NCBI RefSeq assembly: GCF_902459465.1
Contig: NC_047083.1
Span: forward strand, 124,001-188,000
Reading direction: 5' to 3'
Length of the DNA stretch: 64,000 nt
Origin: Asterias rubens
Lineage: Eukaryota
The notes under the pieces were generated by a model. It saw only the letters and a program-made list of their open reading frames with translations, searched no databases and was not told where the DNA came from. This document shows, in pieces, positions 25,050 through 36,742 of the stretch. The number at the start of each line of letters is the position of its first letter. Within the stretch, counting starts at the first letter, position 1. A program made the position numbers and the translations under genes.

Positions 25050-26229
25050 TGTTCTGGCTTGCTAAACTAACTCCTCAGTAAAAAAAAAAATTGTCTCGAT
25101 GTCATCAAAAAGTCACATCAGATTTCCTTGGCCTCGGTAAACAGTACGAGAATCCTAGGGAGAATCCAGCTTCTAAAGGGGTGTTCCTCATTGGTAGATG
25201 ATGATGATGAACTCACTCCAATTTGTTACCAGGGAAAGAGGAAGACTCGGCGGTCTAACTCATAAATGTCAGCAATACATCAAGTTTGTTTATAAAGTCT
25301 TGGAACAATTTAGAAGACAAATCCTCAGAGTTAAAAAAATGAAGCGATTCCTTGCATTAGCCACTGTACTTCATGGAGTTAAAATAAGAAATATTCTTGA
25401 AGAATTAGTCAAGTTATCATCTTGTCGTTTAAACTAAATTGAGGTTTGCTTGATGACATCACTAGTCTGGAGAGAGGTTGTAGGAAGACATCATTCCAAC
25501 TTAGATTTATGATGATAAACGTCAGTCACTTAGATTGGTTCTTCTTCTACTTTATTCACTTCAAAGAAGCTTTGCCTTGATTGATCCTAAACGGTTGGTC
25601 TATCCTTATTCAGCCAAGATATCTGTTTTTAGAGATAAATAATTCAATTTTAAAAATTATAAAAAGAAATGATGTTTTAAAATACTCTGTGAGAAGGGTC
25701 AACTTTATTCTGAAACCTCACGACAACTTATAACTTAGGACAAGTCTAACTATATAGTCAAAAACTCATGTTAACAACGACACAGACACAAGGACAAAAC
25801 TCTTCAAATCAAGAAACACGTTTTCAGTTTCAATTTCACTTTATAATTATTTATTGGCTAGTAGGGACTAGTACCTAGTTATAATTCTATTTTTAAATAC
25901 AGGTAGGAAGTAAATGTATCCGATGTAAAGGTCACCTAATGTAAAACTAGGAAAAAGAAAATGTTTGTAAAAGTAGTAGGCCTACTGGATCGAGTGACAC
26001 TTCTTTACCCTCCCCACCCCACCCCACCCCACCCCGCCCCCTCCTCAAAAGTTGAGTCATGCAACAAGTGCAGTGGACGTGTGGTTGTGATAAAGGTTGT
26101 TTGGGTTGTCATTTGGTGATGAAGTTGTGGCAGGTCACGGACACTTTTCCCAGAAAGTTAGTGTAGTATTACAATAATGATTTTCCAAAAACACAAACAT
26201 TAACTTTGTATTTTCTCGGCCTATTTTCT

Positions 26230-26490
26230 CACCATGTTTCGAAGAGCGTCCGTCGTCGCCTGGCAAATTGATGTGCGCATGCGTCTTGTTTACTTTATTC
26301 GATGATTATAATTAAATTTGTAACATAGTAATATTTAATCAATAAAATGTTTATCAAAATTCAAATTTAAATATTTAAGTTCTCCGTTATTTATTAGATG
26401 TTTAATTTATTAATATTTGTATTAAAAATCTTGATATATAAAGCTACAAGAAAACTATTGTTTGAACGAGGACACAAGATGGCGACGCCC
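26230..26490. promoter_or_regulatory. Probable bidirectional promoter between the CH-ankyrin gene (-) and IFTAP (+)
   Basis: RFX X-box-like GTCGCCTGGCAAA (26255-26267), NRF1-type TGCGCATGCG (26274-26283) and YY1-type CAAGATGGCG (about 26475-26484). A minus-strand donor near 26232 suggests a 5' UTR exon. The region is locally CpG-enriched. Confidence 0.6.
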
Positions 26491-27266
26491 ATGACACATT
26501 CCTAGATACCTTCCTAGATGATCGTTTTACTGTGTTGACATGAAACATTGTCGTTACGCTTTAGCGATTTTAGCAATAACAATAACATCAGCGGCCGACG
26601 AGCTGTCAAAATAGTGACACTGACCACTTACATACACTGACAGACAGGTAATGTGTTTTCCTCCATTCCTGGTCTTTCATTATCAAGCAGTTGCCGAAAA
26701 CTCGAGTTTTCGAATGAACAAATAAAGTAAAAAAATGAAACTTGGCAACACCAACAGCACTCAACAGAATAAAAATAGTGATACGAATAATATTGTGACA
26801 AGTTTCTGTAAATTTCAACATTTTTTGTCTTCTTTTTTTTTTGTCTGCTTGTGATGTTCCATTGAAACTTTCAAGAAGGAGAAATTTGTGTCGACCGACT
26901 AGTGTTTTATTTATGTGTTCATTCAAATTCAGAAAACTGTTGGTGTTAGGTCAGTTGAGTTAGTTAGTAAAGAAGTTTTGCGATAATCACATAGGTCTAT
27001 TAAGGTTGGTTTACTTTTAAAAACAAGTGGTGGATTACCAAGATTAGATTAGAATACGCAATGACTTCTTTAAACACCACAGACAAAATAATGATACCAG
27101 CAGCACCAATGGCATTGCCACTATTAAACTGTAGTCTGCAGTTTTGGGGGGATGAAACTTGTTTGCGTATTCTAATCTGGTCTTGCTAATCCACCACTCT
27201 TACTGAAACTCATTGTATCATTTGCTGTTTTATTTTAGGTATTGCATCTTGGGTGACAAACCAACA

Positions 27267-29057
27267 ATGGCAGCTGGCAATCATGACCAAGAAAATGAAA
27301 CCAACACATTGATTGAACATCACATGGAGACTGCCATAGAAACTGTTCTTAGCAACCAAGAACAAAGCTATGAGGATTTTATGGGATGTTTTGTTTCTCT
27401 TAAGAAAGGTTAGATTCCTGGATCTACCTTCTGGTCTTCTGCTCTTTTATTTTATATTTTTTACAAATAAATTTCGGACAGATTTGATCACTCAATGTTG
27501 TTTTTTTAATACTCAATGTTGCTTTTTCATCTGTGGAAACATTTTGTTTGTATGTGTTTTTAATGCCAATAAATAATAACAACAAATTTCTAAAAAGTAC
27601 AAAAAGCCGACAGAATACAGTTACAAACAATGGCTGGTATCATTCATTCGACACTCGTCATAATTTGACTAACAATACAATAGCTAGTCTCTGTCCAGTC
27701 AATAATATGTAATAATTTTTGTTTTATATTCGACAGAAGATGTTGCAGCGCACCAAGCCCAAATGATGCAAAAAATGTTACAACGAAGCGACAAAAAAGC
27801 AACAACAGAGATTCAACGTTCAGAGACAGAAGCCTCTAAGGAAGATGACCAAAGAACACATGTCAACATTGAGGAAGAAATTGAAATAGAAGCAAGTTTA
27901 ACTTCCTTACTTTTTAGGGGCGATACAGAATAGATAGTCAATGTTTATTTTTTTAACAATTTTTTGTTTCCTTTTTTATTCTTAGGAACTCGATGACGGA
28001 TATTTTGCTCCAGCACGGAGCTCAATGGATCCGGTTTCCGGACACAAATTTGTTCAGGTACATAATCTTATAAACTATACATCTTTTTGAACAAAACAAA
28101 AGTTTAATGACCTGATGCTTTGACCCTAGCAGAGTCTTTCTGAAGTACCTTCTTTTTTGTTATTGCTTCTTAGTTATTGTTGCTTCTTATTCAATATTGA
28201 CTCTTAATTGTGGTTTTGGGTGTGTAACAAAAAATAAATAAATAAGTCTAATAATATGCCAGAAATGGTAATCCACTTTTTGAGTGGCCCCAAATTGCAA
28301 ATTATTGGTTTGTTTTATCTTAAAATGGCAGGTGGATAACTTTGTAGATGATGCAGAACTTAGTGAAGATGACTTACAAAATACGAATAGTGCTGATGAA
28401 GAACTGGAAGCATCTCCTTACGAGTCTTCATTTTTCCTCAATGAAGATTCATCTAAGATACCATTGAAACTTTCCAAAGACATTGTAAGAGAAGTAGAAG
28501 AAGATGCTGAAGGGGAATCCCCAGTGATGCATCTTGAGCTTCAAGAAGGTCATGATATGAGGACCCTCCCAGGTGAAGCTGAGGATGAGAAAGATGGAAG
28601 ACTCTCCTCCTTATCAGATGATGCAATTCATGAAACTCGGCTCAAGATGTCAACAAAGATGAACCAAGATGTGGATAATTTAGAGCAGTCTAAAGTCAAT
28701 CTTGAGGTACTAGCTAGTTTAAAAGATGTTACTTAATTTTGTTCATATTGCGCATCATTATTAATTGTCATATAAATGTAATTAATTATACTTGTTAAAT
28801 TTTAAACAACACATGTTTGGTTTGGAGATCTTACTCAACAGTTTTACATCATTAAAAATTGTCATTTAAATGTAATTGTTGATACTTTTTCAATTTTAAA
28901 CAATATTATTTGTTTGCTTATCAATTTTCTTCTTCAGATTTCTACAGATGAAGTACAGCCTTTCTCGATGGATAAAGATTTTGATTATGATAATGTAGTC
29001 TTGACGCCTAAATGGGACTCGAACCATACACCCCCTGGCTGGAAGCCAAGTTGCTAA
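27267..29057 (+). CDS. IFTAP: Intraflagellar transport-associated protein (C11orf74/NWC ortholog), 287 aa
   Basis: Exons 27267-27408, 27737-27891 (GC donor), 27986-28057, 28332-28706 and 28938-29057 (864 nt). The characteristic conserved blocks are EQSYEDFMGCFVSLKKE, QVDNF, LPGEAE and DEVQPFSMDKDFDYDNVVLTPKW, separated by acidic linkers. Confidence 0.9.
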
Positions 29058-31430
29058 ATTTTAAAATTGAAAACTGACTTAAGTGTTTTACATGTATGTA
29101 TATATATAATTGAATGAGCATTGTATACTCGGTGCTTCCTCAAGTATTTCAGAAAAGTTATGGGGTTCTTTTTGTAACAGTCACCAATAGAGGGCGCAAC
29201 ATCAACTGTTTTGGAGGCTGACTGTCAGGGGTGCACCACACTACATACTCATAGAAAACAATACTAATGGTTAAATATTTTTAAAAAACTCAATATTTTG
29301 CTTCAAGTCCCTCCTCTTGAAAAGCTATCAAACATGTTTTCAGACCACTAAACTTCAGATTTCTTTTCAATATTTAGCAGGTCAGCCATTTGGAGTTTTT
29401 GTTTATTACCCGAGAAAAAAACACCACCGAAAAAGCGGTTTTCTATAACTGTGTTTTCTAAAAACTGACTTGCTGCACATCTTCATGAGGCACTCCCCCA
29501 ATTCCAAAGCTAAATAGGACCACATTTATCATGGGGAAACACAAACCCCCATGTTGTGATAAATTCTCATTACACAATCTGTTAACTACATGACCCCCAA
29601 AACACGTTATTACTCAAAAAAAGTATTTATAGTGTATATACTCTTTTTAGAGCCAACACTCCCTCAAAAGAGATATTATTACACATTGTTCTGCAAGGTT
29701 ACTATTCACTTGAGTGTTTATATTATTTCACACCATACAAGGCTTCAAACACCATTTCAAATTATGATGGCTGCTGATGTTTCACTGTATGTGAACCTAT
29801 AATGAATTCTTTACAGGAATTTAGGGTGTGGTATGGTACTCGTTCCTGAACAAGATGAATTATTGTGGGGAGGATGGTCACGCGCAACATGCCACATAAT
29901 CTGGAATGGACTGAGCAGGTATAACAACTTTGTAAAATGGTTAGAATGTCATAGGATTACCTGAATTCATCTGTTGTAGTGGCGTCCAAACACTGATAAG
30001 GGAATAAATATTCAGTTATTTAGGAGAGCCCGAATTGTTTCTTTTAGCTTTGCCAGTCTTTATTTAAACATGTATTTATTATAACAAGCCTGTAGTGTGG
30101 TGAAGTTCTTTGAGGGGGAAATACATTTATGAGAAACAACATTCGGTTTCATGTTTTGTTCCACTTATTTATGTTCTTATCTTGTCATGGGGTTGTCTCT
30201 ACTGATAAGAGAGTGTCACGTTGTATGAAATGGAATAGTCCTACCTGGGCTAGTCTTTCCCCGTGTCCGATCCGCTAACATTCTCAATGCAACGGCTTGG
30301 ACTCTATTGACAAAAAAATCTACATAGGGGAGCTGTTTCGCTATTACATGTACCCCAGCCCTGTCCACAAGTCTTGGCTCTTCGGAGAGAATTCCTGTAG
30401 TTGTTTCGTCAAACCATGGAATCCATCCCTGGTCAAACATGGTCAAACGCGACCCCATGCACAAAAAAACAAAAAACAAAAAATTACAATCCCATATCAA
30501 TCTAATTATCTAAAACATACACTTTGCTAAACAAGTTGTAAAGTCAATAATGGTTTGTTTATTTGCTAATGATCCAAAGTTCGATTCAAACACCAGTTGA
30601 AACCAGATCAGCATGTTGTTATTGTAACTTGGAAGGGGTTGACCAAACTTTATCTTTGGGTTTATTCCGTTTGAGGGAACAACTTGGCCACTTTGGTTCA
30701 ACACTCCATTGCCGAGTGACTTATAGGTGTTGGATTGGAGTCATCACAGCTTTTGCAAAAGAACGTAAGTACCCAAAGTTACACCATCGGAGGATGATAG
30801 TCACGCTCAGTCCCTAACACAAAAAACTATAACAATTTAATACGAATCAAAGAAGTTTTTTCGATAAGGGATAACAATGTCAACTGACACAAGTGGTCAA
30901 TTACATTAAAACATACCTTGTTTTGATTTATAGCTCATAATGATTCTTAAAAATGTGTACACAATTTTGAGATATAAAAATGCCGTGTGACGAATGTGCT
31001 AATTCTTAAAGATGGCTTGCGGGTTCCAGGATCCCCGTTGTTCAAGAGCCTCTCACATAATTATGTTACTGATGAGGTTTACAGAAACACGAAACTATTG
31101 GACACAATGAAGACTTCGTGATTCTTTCAAGAAATTTGCATGGTTCAAGGAAGGAAGTTATAAGAAAAATTCTGAAAAATTGGAAACTGATAAATCGCAT
31201 GACAGAATAAAGCGCTCATTTTTTGTTCTCTTAATTTTCTTTACCACCGAATTTTAAGAGTTTTAAGCGAGTATGTTAGTTAGGGTGTGTGTTTATTAAA
31301 AACTGCAAGATGCCAATTCTAACACAACTGTCCCTTTCAAAATCTACGAATAAATAAGCCAATGTTTTGGGGTTTGTTTTCCAGATAAATCAAGTTCGAT
31401 CGTGTTCTAGAAGCCACCAGGAGAGAAAAC

Positions 31431-33453
31431 ATGGCGACACAAGTACCGGTGGCAGAGAACCTGGACGCAGCTATGCACATACTTCACGCTACTGCCTTGA
31501 ATAAAGACTTTCAAGACGATATTCATAAATTTTACGACGGTTGGGCGAAGGACTATGACAAGGTATTGAAGTTTGGCATTCTAGGGCTAATAATAGTAAA
31601 TGATAATGTCTTCGGGGATTATTTACGGTAATGACTTATTAATTATTTAATGCCAGTATTATTTTATCTAACATTTTCTTGAACAAAAATGGACTTTGAA
31701 ACTTTTTAATAATTATTATTCATACTGAAGCATCTGGACAACGCTAATTACAACGGCCCCGCACTCACCGCAGAAGCTCTAAATAAAGTGCTGTCAGATA
31801 AAAGCGCCCTCATCTTGGACCTTTGTGCAGGAACTGGAAGAGTGGGACAAGAGGTATGGACCTTTATTAATAAAAATGTGCATTAATATTGAGCATACAA
31901 ACAATAAAACTCTCAGTGTTGAGTGTGAGCACTAACACGTTACTCTATTCAATTGATGCTGAGATTATTTACAGTTCTTATTCACTTTTTCCCCCAACTC
32001 CTACGTCACTCAGCTAGCTAAACTTGGTTTCAAGCGGATCGATGGCGTAGACTTTTCACAGCAATGTTTGGACATCAGCGCCTCGAAAGGAGTCTACGAA
32101 AGGCTCATTTGTGATCGTCTCGGCAAAAACAAGATTAAAGGAGTTGATGACGGTACTCCGGTTTTCTTGACATAATGACACCATACATGACTATTACGAT
32201 AAATTTTCTTAAGAAGTTTATTAAATTATTGTTACATGAAAAAATGACCACTCATAATAGGGAAAACATGCAGGCCTATACTTGTTGAACTGGGGGGGGG
32301 GGGGGGGGGGGTTCTGGACATCTTGATACGATAAATAATTTATGACTTTAACAAAGAAACGCATTTTTGTTCGAACCGATGCCATTGCACAAAACCGTTC
32401 CTTCATTCATAATTATTTTGAGATCCGCACCATGCCGCATTTTTTAATGTATGTTTTTTTCCCCTTCCGTTTTTCTAGATTATTATAGTGCGCTGACCTG
32501 CGTTGGAGCGTTATCGATCGGTCACCTGAAAGCAGACGTATTCGATGAATGGAACAGAATTCTCAAAAAAGGTATAAGACACCACTTATTTTATTTCTTT
32601 TAAAAGGCGAATTTACATAATTTGACCATTGGGTTCAGTGTCAGAACTTTTTGTCGGGTTTTGGCGAGACCCGGTTTGTGACGTCCTTTGCTATGTTTGA
32701 GGAGGTACCGTAATCTATGAGTGAACTTTTCCCAAAATGGCCACAAAAGTGGGTAATAACACAGGAAACGCATTCAATCAAACAATAATTATTTATGCTC
32801 AAATTTGTTCTACACAACATGATCAAGAGAGAAAATTGAACATTCTCATTAATAATGCGTGTTGCGATCAGCTGCGAGGATCAGAAGTCGGCGGCCACCG
32901 TTACGTACCATCAAAGCACAAAATAGCGTGCAATCAACCCATTGACAGACCTTGCACAATGCAGATCCTTTTTTGCAGATTGGCCTAATTCTCGGAAACT
33001 GTATCTACAATATTATCAGTCTGCATTAATATGACGTACCCCTACTTATGATCGTGCCGCGCCACAAACGACGAACTGACATCTGATGCCACTACTGCGT
33101 TCCCGAAAGTATCGAAAGGCTGGTTAAACAAAATTCCATAAAGTTTACATTGTTGCAACTGGTGCCGCCTGTGCAGTTTTTTTCTGCTATTAATGAAAGT
33201 GGGCCATAGACGATAACATAAGTTGAAAAGCTTTTTCTTTTTACTGATGTGTACAGGTGGTTTTATGGTTTTTACTCTGAGCTGGGCCATGATGGACGGC
33301 GACCCACAGGAACACATCGACACTATGACTGAGATGAAACAAGTGATTGAGGGTTTCATTCAAGATGGTACATGGGAGTTGGTCGACAAGGTCGACATTT
33401 CCCTTATTCGAAAAGTTGGACGAGCTGACATGTACACCATTCGCCTAGTATAA
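31431..33453 (+). CDS. METTL27: Class I SAM-dependent methyltransferase, METTL27/WBSCR27-like, 227 aa
   Basis: Exons 31431-31562, 31731-31853, 32014-32152, 32479-32571 and 33257-33453 (684 nt). Motifs: FYDGWAKDYD, ILDLCAGTGRVG (motif I), IDGVDFS, YSALTCVGALSIGHL, EWNRILKKGG. This family often has several paralogs in invertebrates, so strict orthology is uncertain. Confidence 0.85.
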
Positions 33454-34106
33454 TTGAATAATAGATGATGATTCAGTCAGTTCGGATGTTGATGGAGTAT
33501 TTTCAGGACAATGAGGGCGCTGTGTCCTCCAGACGGGTGTGTATGTATACATGTACCATAAACGCACAAAATTCATGCACATAATTCATGCACAAAACTG
33601 GTTATCATGAAGCTTAAGATAACGATTAAGTTGATTAAAACGTAATTTGTCATGCAACTACTATAGGCGAGGCATAGATTGGTAATCATGACAAACCACA
33701 AAGGGATTATGTGTTTCAACTTTAGAGGAGATTGTTTTAGATAAAGGCTTTTCAGATAATTGGCTTAGAATTGGAGGAGATACAATAATATCTATTGTAA
33801 ATTTGATTTTTTATTTATTTATTTATTTATTTTTTTTTTTTTTTTGGGGGGGCACAACAGAACCTCCAGGGGAGGGGGCAGTTCTAACTAAAATGAAGAA
33901 ATTAATACCATTGGGTCTATAGTGGCAGGAACTGGCATAGAATAAAACAAAGAAATATTAACACAAAATTGGATGGATAGGCCAATATTTCGACTAAACG
34001 CACTTACTATGGCCGATAAACGGTGTGTTTTCTTTTATGTGTTTTGCCCTCTAAAGCCGATGGTCCGAAAAAGGGCAATTTAAAAGGTAAACGTAATTGT
34101 ACGACC

Positions 34107-34227
34107 TAGCCCACCTTGTTGAGCTGTTGATGGCTCCGCTTATAAACATCGGTCTCATCACTGTCAACTGACAGTGATGAGACCGATGTTAAAAGCGGAG
34201 CCATTAACAGCTCAACAAGGTGGGCTA
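34107..34227. mobile_element. 121-bp foldback element (near-perfect hairpin) with a 10-bp target-site duplication
   Basis: Arms at 34107-34166 and 34169-34227 are reverse complements apart from about 3 differences, around a 2-nt loop. TTGTACGACC is repeated directly at 34097-34106 and 34228-34237. Confidence 0.9.
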
Positions 34228-34499
34228 TTGTACGACCATGTCAACATAACAAATTCAGCTACGCACACCTTTGTTCAGCTACGCACAACATTATTTTTTG
34301 TGTACAAAAATGTTTTGATTACTAATTTTGTTTATCTAAAGTGAGCACATTATTAATATTATTATATTGTCCGCTCAAAATAAACATCTAACTATTACGC
34401 ACAAGAAGAGAGAACCGTGTTTGTTAAATTATTTGCTGCAGACGATTTCACAAAGTTTAGCCTATGAACGTATGCAAATCTTCTCGCGTTTTCACGGAA

Positions 34500-34600
34500 C
34501 TTGATTGGCTATCTGTAATAATTGCCCGAAGCTAATTGGTCAATAATTTGACCTTCGCGTGACCTTATAGTTCAACGCGCGAAACTGCATTGTATAAAAG
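34500..34600 (+). promoter_or_regulatory. Cell-cycle-type promoter: two inverted CCAAT boxes, an E2F site and a TATA box
   Basis: ATTGG at 34504 and 34535 (31 bp apart), GCGCGAAA (reverse of TTTCGCGC) at 34577-34584, and TATAAAAG at 34593-34600, upstream of the ATG at 34973. Confidence 0.6.
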
Positions 34601-34972
34601 TGAGTAGATTTTTGTGTGAAAATTATTCTTGGTGGTGGACGCGTCTACTCGTTGAACTACATTTTGTAGCTGTTTCAGTAAAAAAAAAACGTAGGCCTAC
34701 TTCAGCTTTAACAAGTTCAGAGGTTTTGACCTAAAATCGGGACTCATCATCCACTCAGTCTCTAATCTAACTCAATAAAACTCAGTGCAGCAAGTGTGTA
34801 CGCAGTGTAGGGAGTGTGTGTTGTACAGACAGTCGCCGAGTCAGTGAATGTGATCGAACCAAAAGAAAATACAAAATCCTCGACAACTCTGCCATTTGCA
34901 TTTTGATCTGCGGTATTTCCAGTCCCACATTTGACTTCTATTCTATAACAGTGACAGACACCACAGGCAAAA

Positions 34973-36742
34973 ATGGCAAAAAAGACACGTGCAACATCAA
35001 GGTAGGTTATTTCCATTTCCATTTCATAAAACCATCATGCTTAATAAAACTATTGCTAAATAATGTCATGACCGTGTCTCATGAGCAATGATCATATGAT
35101 GAGCAATTGAATTTGGCCAGTTTATAAAACTTGGAAAGGACCCCTTCCTTTGCTGATTAAAATATCATGGATGACTTAAGTTCAGGCTTTAAATCAGTTT
35201 GCTTTAAATAAAAATAATGACAATAAAATGTCAACATGCTGGTTATAAATAGTGTCATGACTGTTCACTGTCTGTAGACTTCACTTGTGTAGTGCAACAT
35301 GTGGAAGTCAGAGTTTCACTTTGGTATGAGTATGACATTGAAATTGAACATGTTGAACAACATGACATGGTCATGATGATCATGAGTCCAACATACATCC
35401 TACAAACAACTGTACAAGTTCAACCAACCATCCATGAAAACCACATCTTTTGTAACGACCTTGACATGCTTGATGCACCACTACTACTACGTACTAGAGT
35501 AGTAGTACTTACTAGGCCCGGGCTCGAGTTTATTTTTATTTAGTGATATTTATTTTTACTTAGGCCTACACACACACAGCCACAGACAGGGAAGAGTCCT
35601 CTTACTTGTTACCATTCTATTCTGAAATTTGCGTTGTTGTGTGGTCTTAAATTTTCAATATCAAACACAACTCTACTTTCTGAAGAGGTTTTAAGTTTGA
35701 ATTGAAGTTAAAACCTACACAAATGTGTAGCGATGGCGGTTCTTGAAACTTGATGAAGAGTAAAAAGGCATGCTAACAACTAGCCTACCTAGGCTCAGAC
35801 AATTAAACTGCATCCATATCAGATTGTAATAAATAAATTCATCCATGTCCTCAGGGCTGCGTCATTGGATCCCACATCCATCGTAGAACCACCAATCGGT
35901 GATCTCCCAGACACTGCAAGCAACAATACCACAGAGCCCAACATGCCGGAGGCAGCCAAGGAAATCCCTAGCTCATCAGATGCAGCTACCATGGCAACAC
36001 CAAAATCAGAGAGCAAAGTTACAGGTAGGCAAGGTCAAAGTTCAGAACTCGAGCAAACTTATTTTTGCCATTGTCCCAAATCCATCTCATGCAATACATC
36101 GTTTAAAACCAGGCATTGAACTTCCCTCTTTAAGTTGAAGGGGCACAACTGTTTTCCTTTGCTAAGGCCTAAGGGGCACTTCTACGAGTAAAAGCACAGT
36201 GCAGGGCACCACAACATTTGCTGTGCGTGCCGTGGATCAATTCGAGGCATTAAGTACCAGATGAAGAAAAGTACAGTTATAGCCTGTGGCTAATTTTACC
36301 AGAAACTTCTGATACAACACAGAACAAAGGTGTGTTGGTTTGGTGTTTGTCTCAGTTATATTTTCATGGCGAGAGCAAAATAATGATTTTTTTCCCTTCT
36401 TATTGTCTGTCTATCTTAGAAGCAGCCCAGAATGATGATGATGCAGAAGTTCCTGACCTCAACTCTCCTGCAGACGAATCTGAATCACCCGAGGCACCCC
36501 TGGACCACGACACTCAAGAGCTTGACGATGAGCTACTTGAAGATGCTCTTCATGTCGAAGAAGTCAAGACACAAGAAGATGAGGTTGTAGATGAGCAACC
36601 CAGCAGTTTGGAAGATAACGAGACTGAGAATCGTAAGAGACCTTTAGAGACGATTCAACCTGATGAGGTCATACCGGCTAAGAAGATGATGTCAGAGGTC
36701 AACCAGGATGGGTCGGCCAATACAATCCAATGCGAGGAATAA
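34973..36742 (+). CDS. Small acidic, low-complexity protein with basic NLS-like ends, 173 aa; family unknown
   Basis: Exons 34973-35001, 35855-36024 and 36420-36742 (522 nt) join in phase: MAKKTRATSRAASLDPTSIVEPP...EAAQNDDDAEVPDL...ENRKRPLETIQPDEVIPAKKMMSEVNQDGSANTIQCEE*. Confidence 0.8.

Noticed and set aside
25050-27266. RAG/Transib remnants or RSS-like signals next to IFTAP/NWC
   Set aside because: I saw no transposase-like ORF and no heptamer-spacer-nonamer arrangement. The ZNF143-like TTCCCAGAA near 26147 is too partial to call.
30297-30530. ORF with KIYIGE, similar to a GIY-YIG motif
   Set aside because: The other GIY-YIG residues (upstream GIY/VY and downstream R..EH) are absent, and the segment overlaps a better-phased minus-strand exon candidate.
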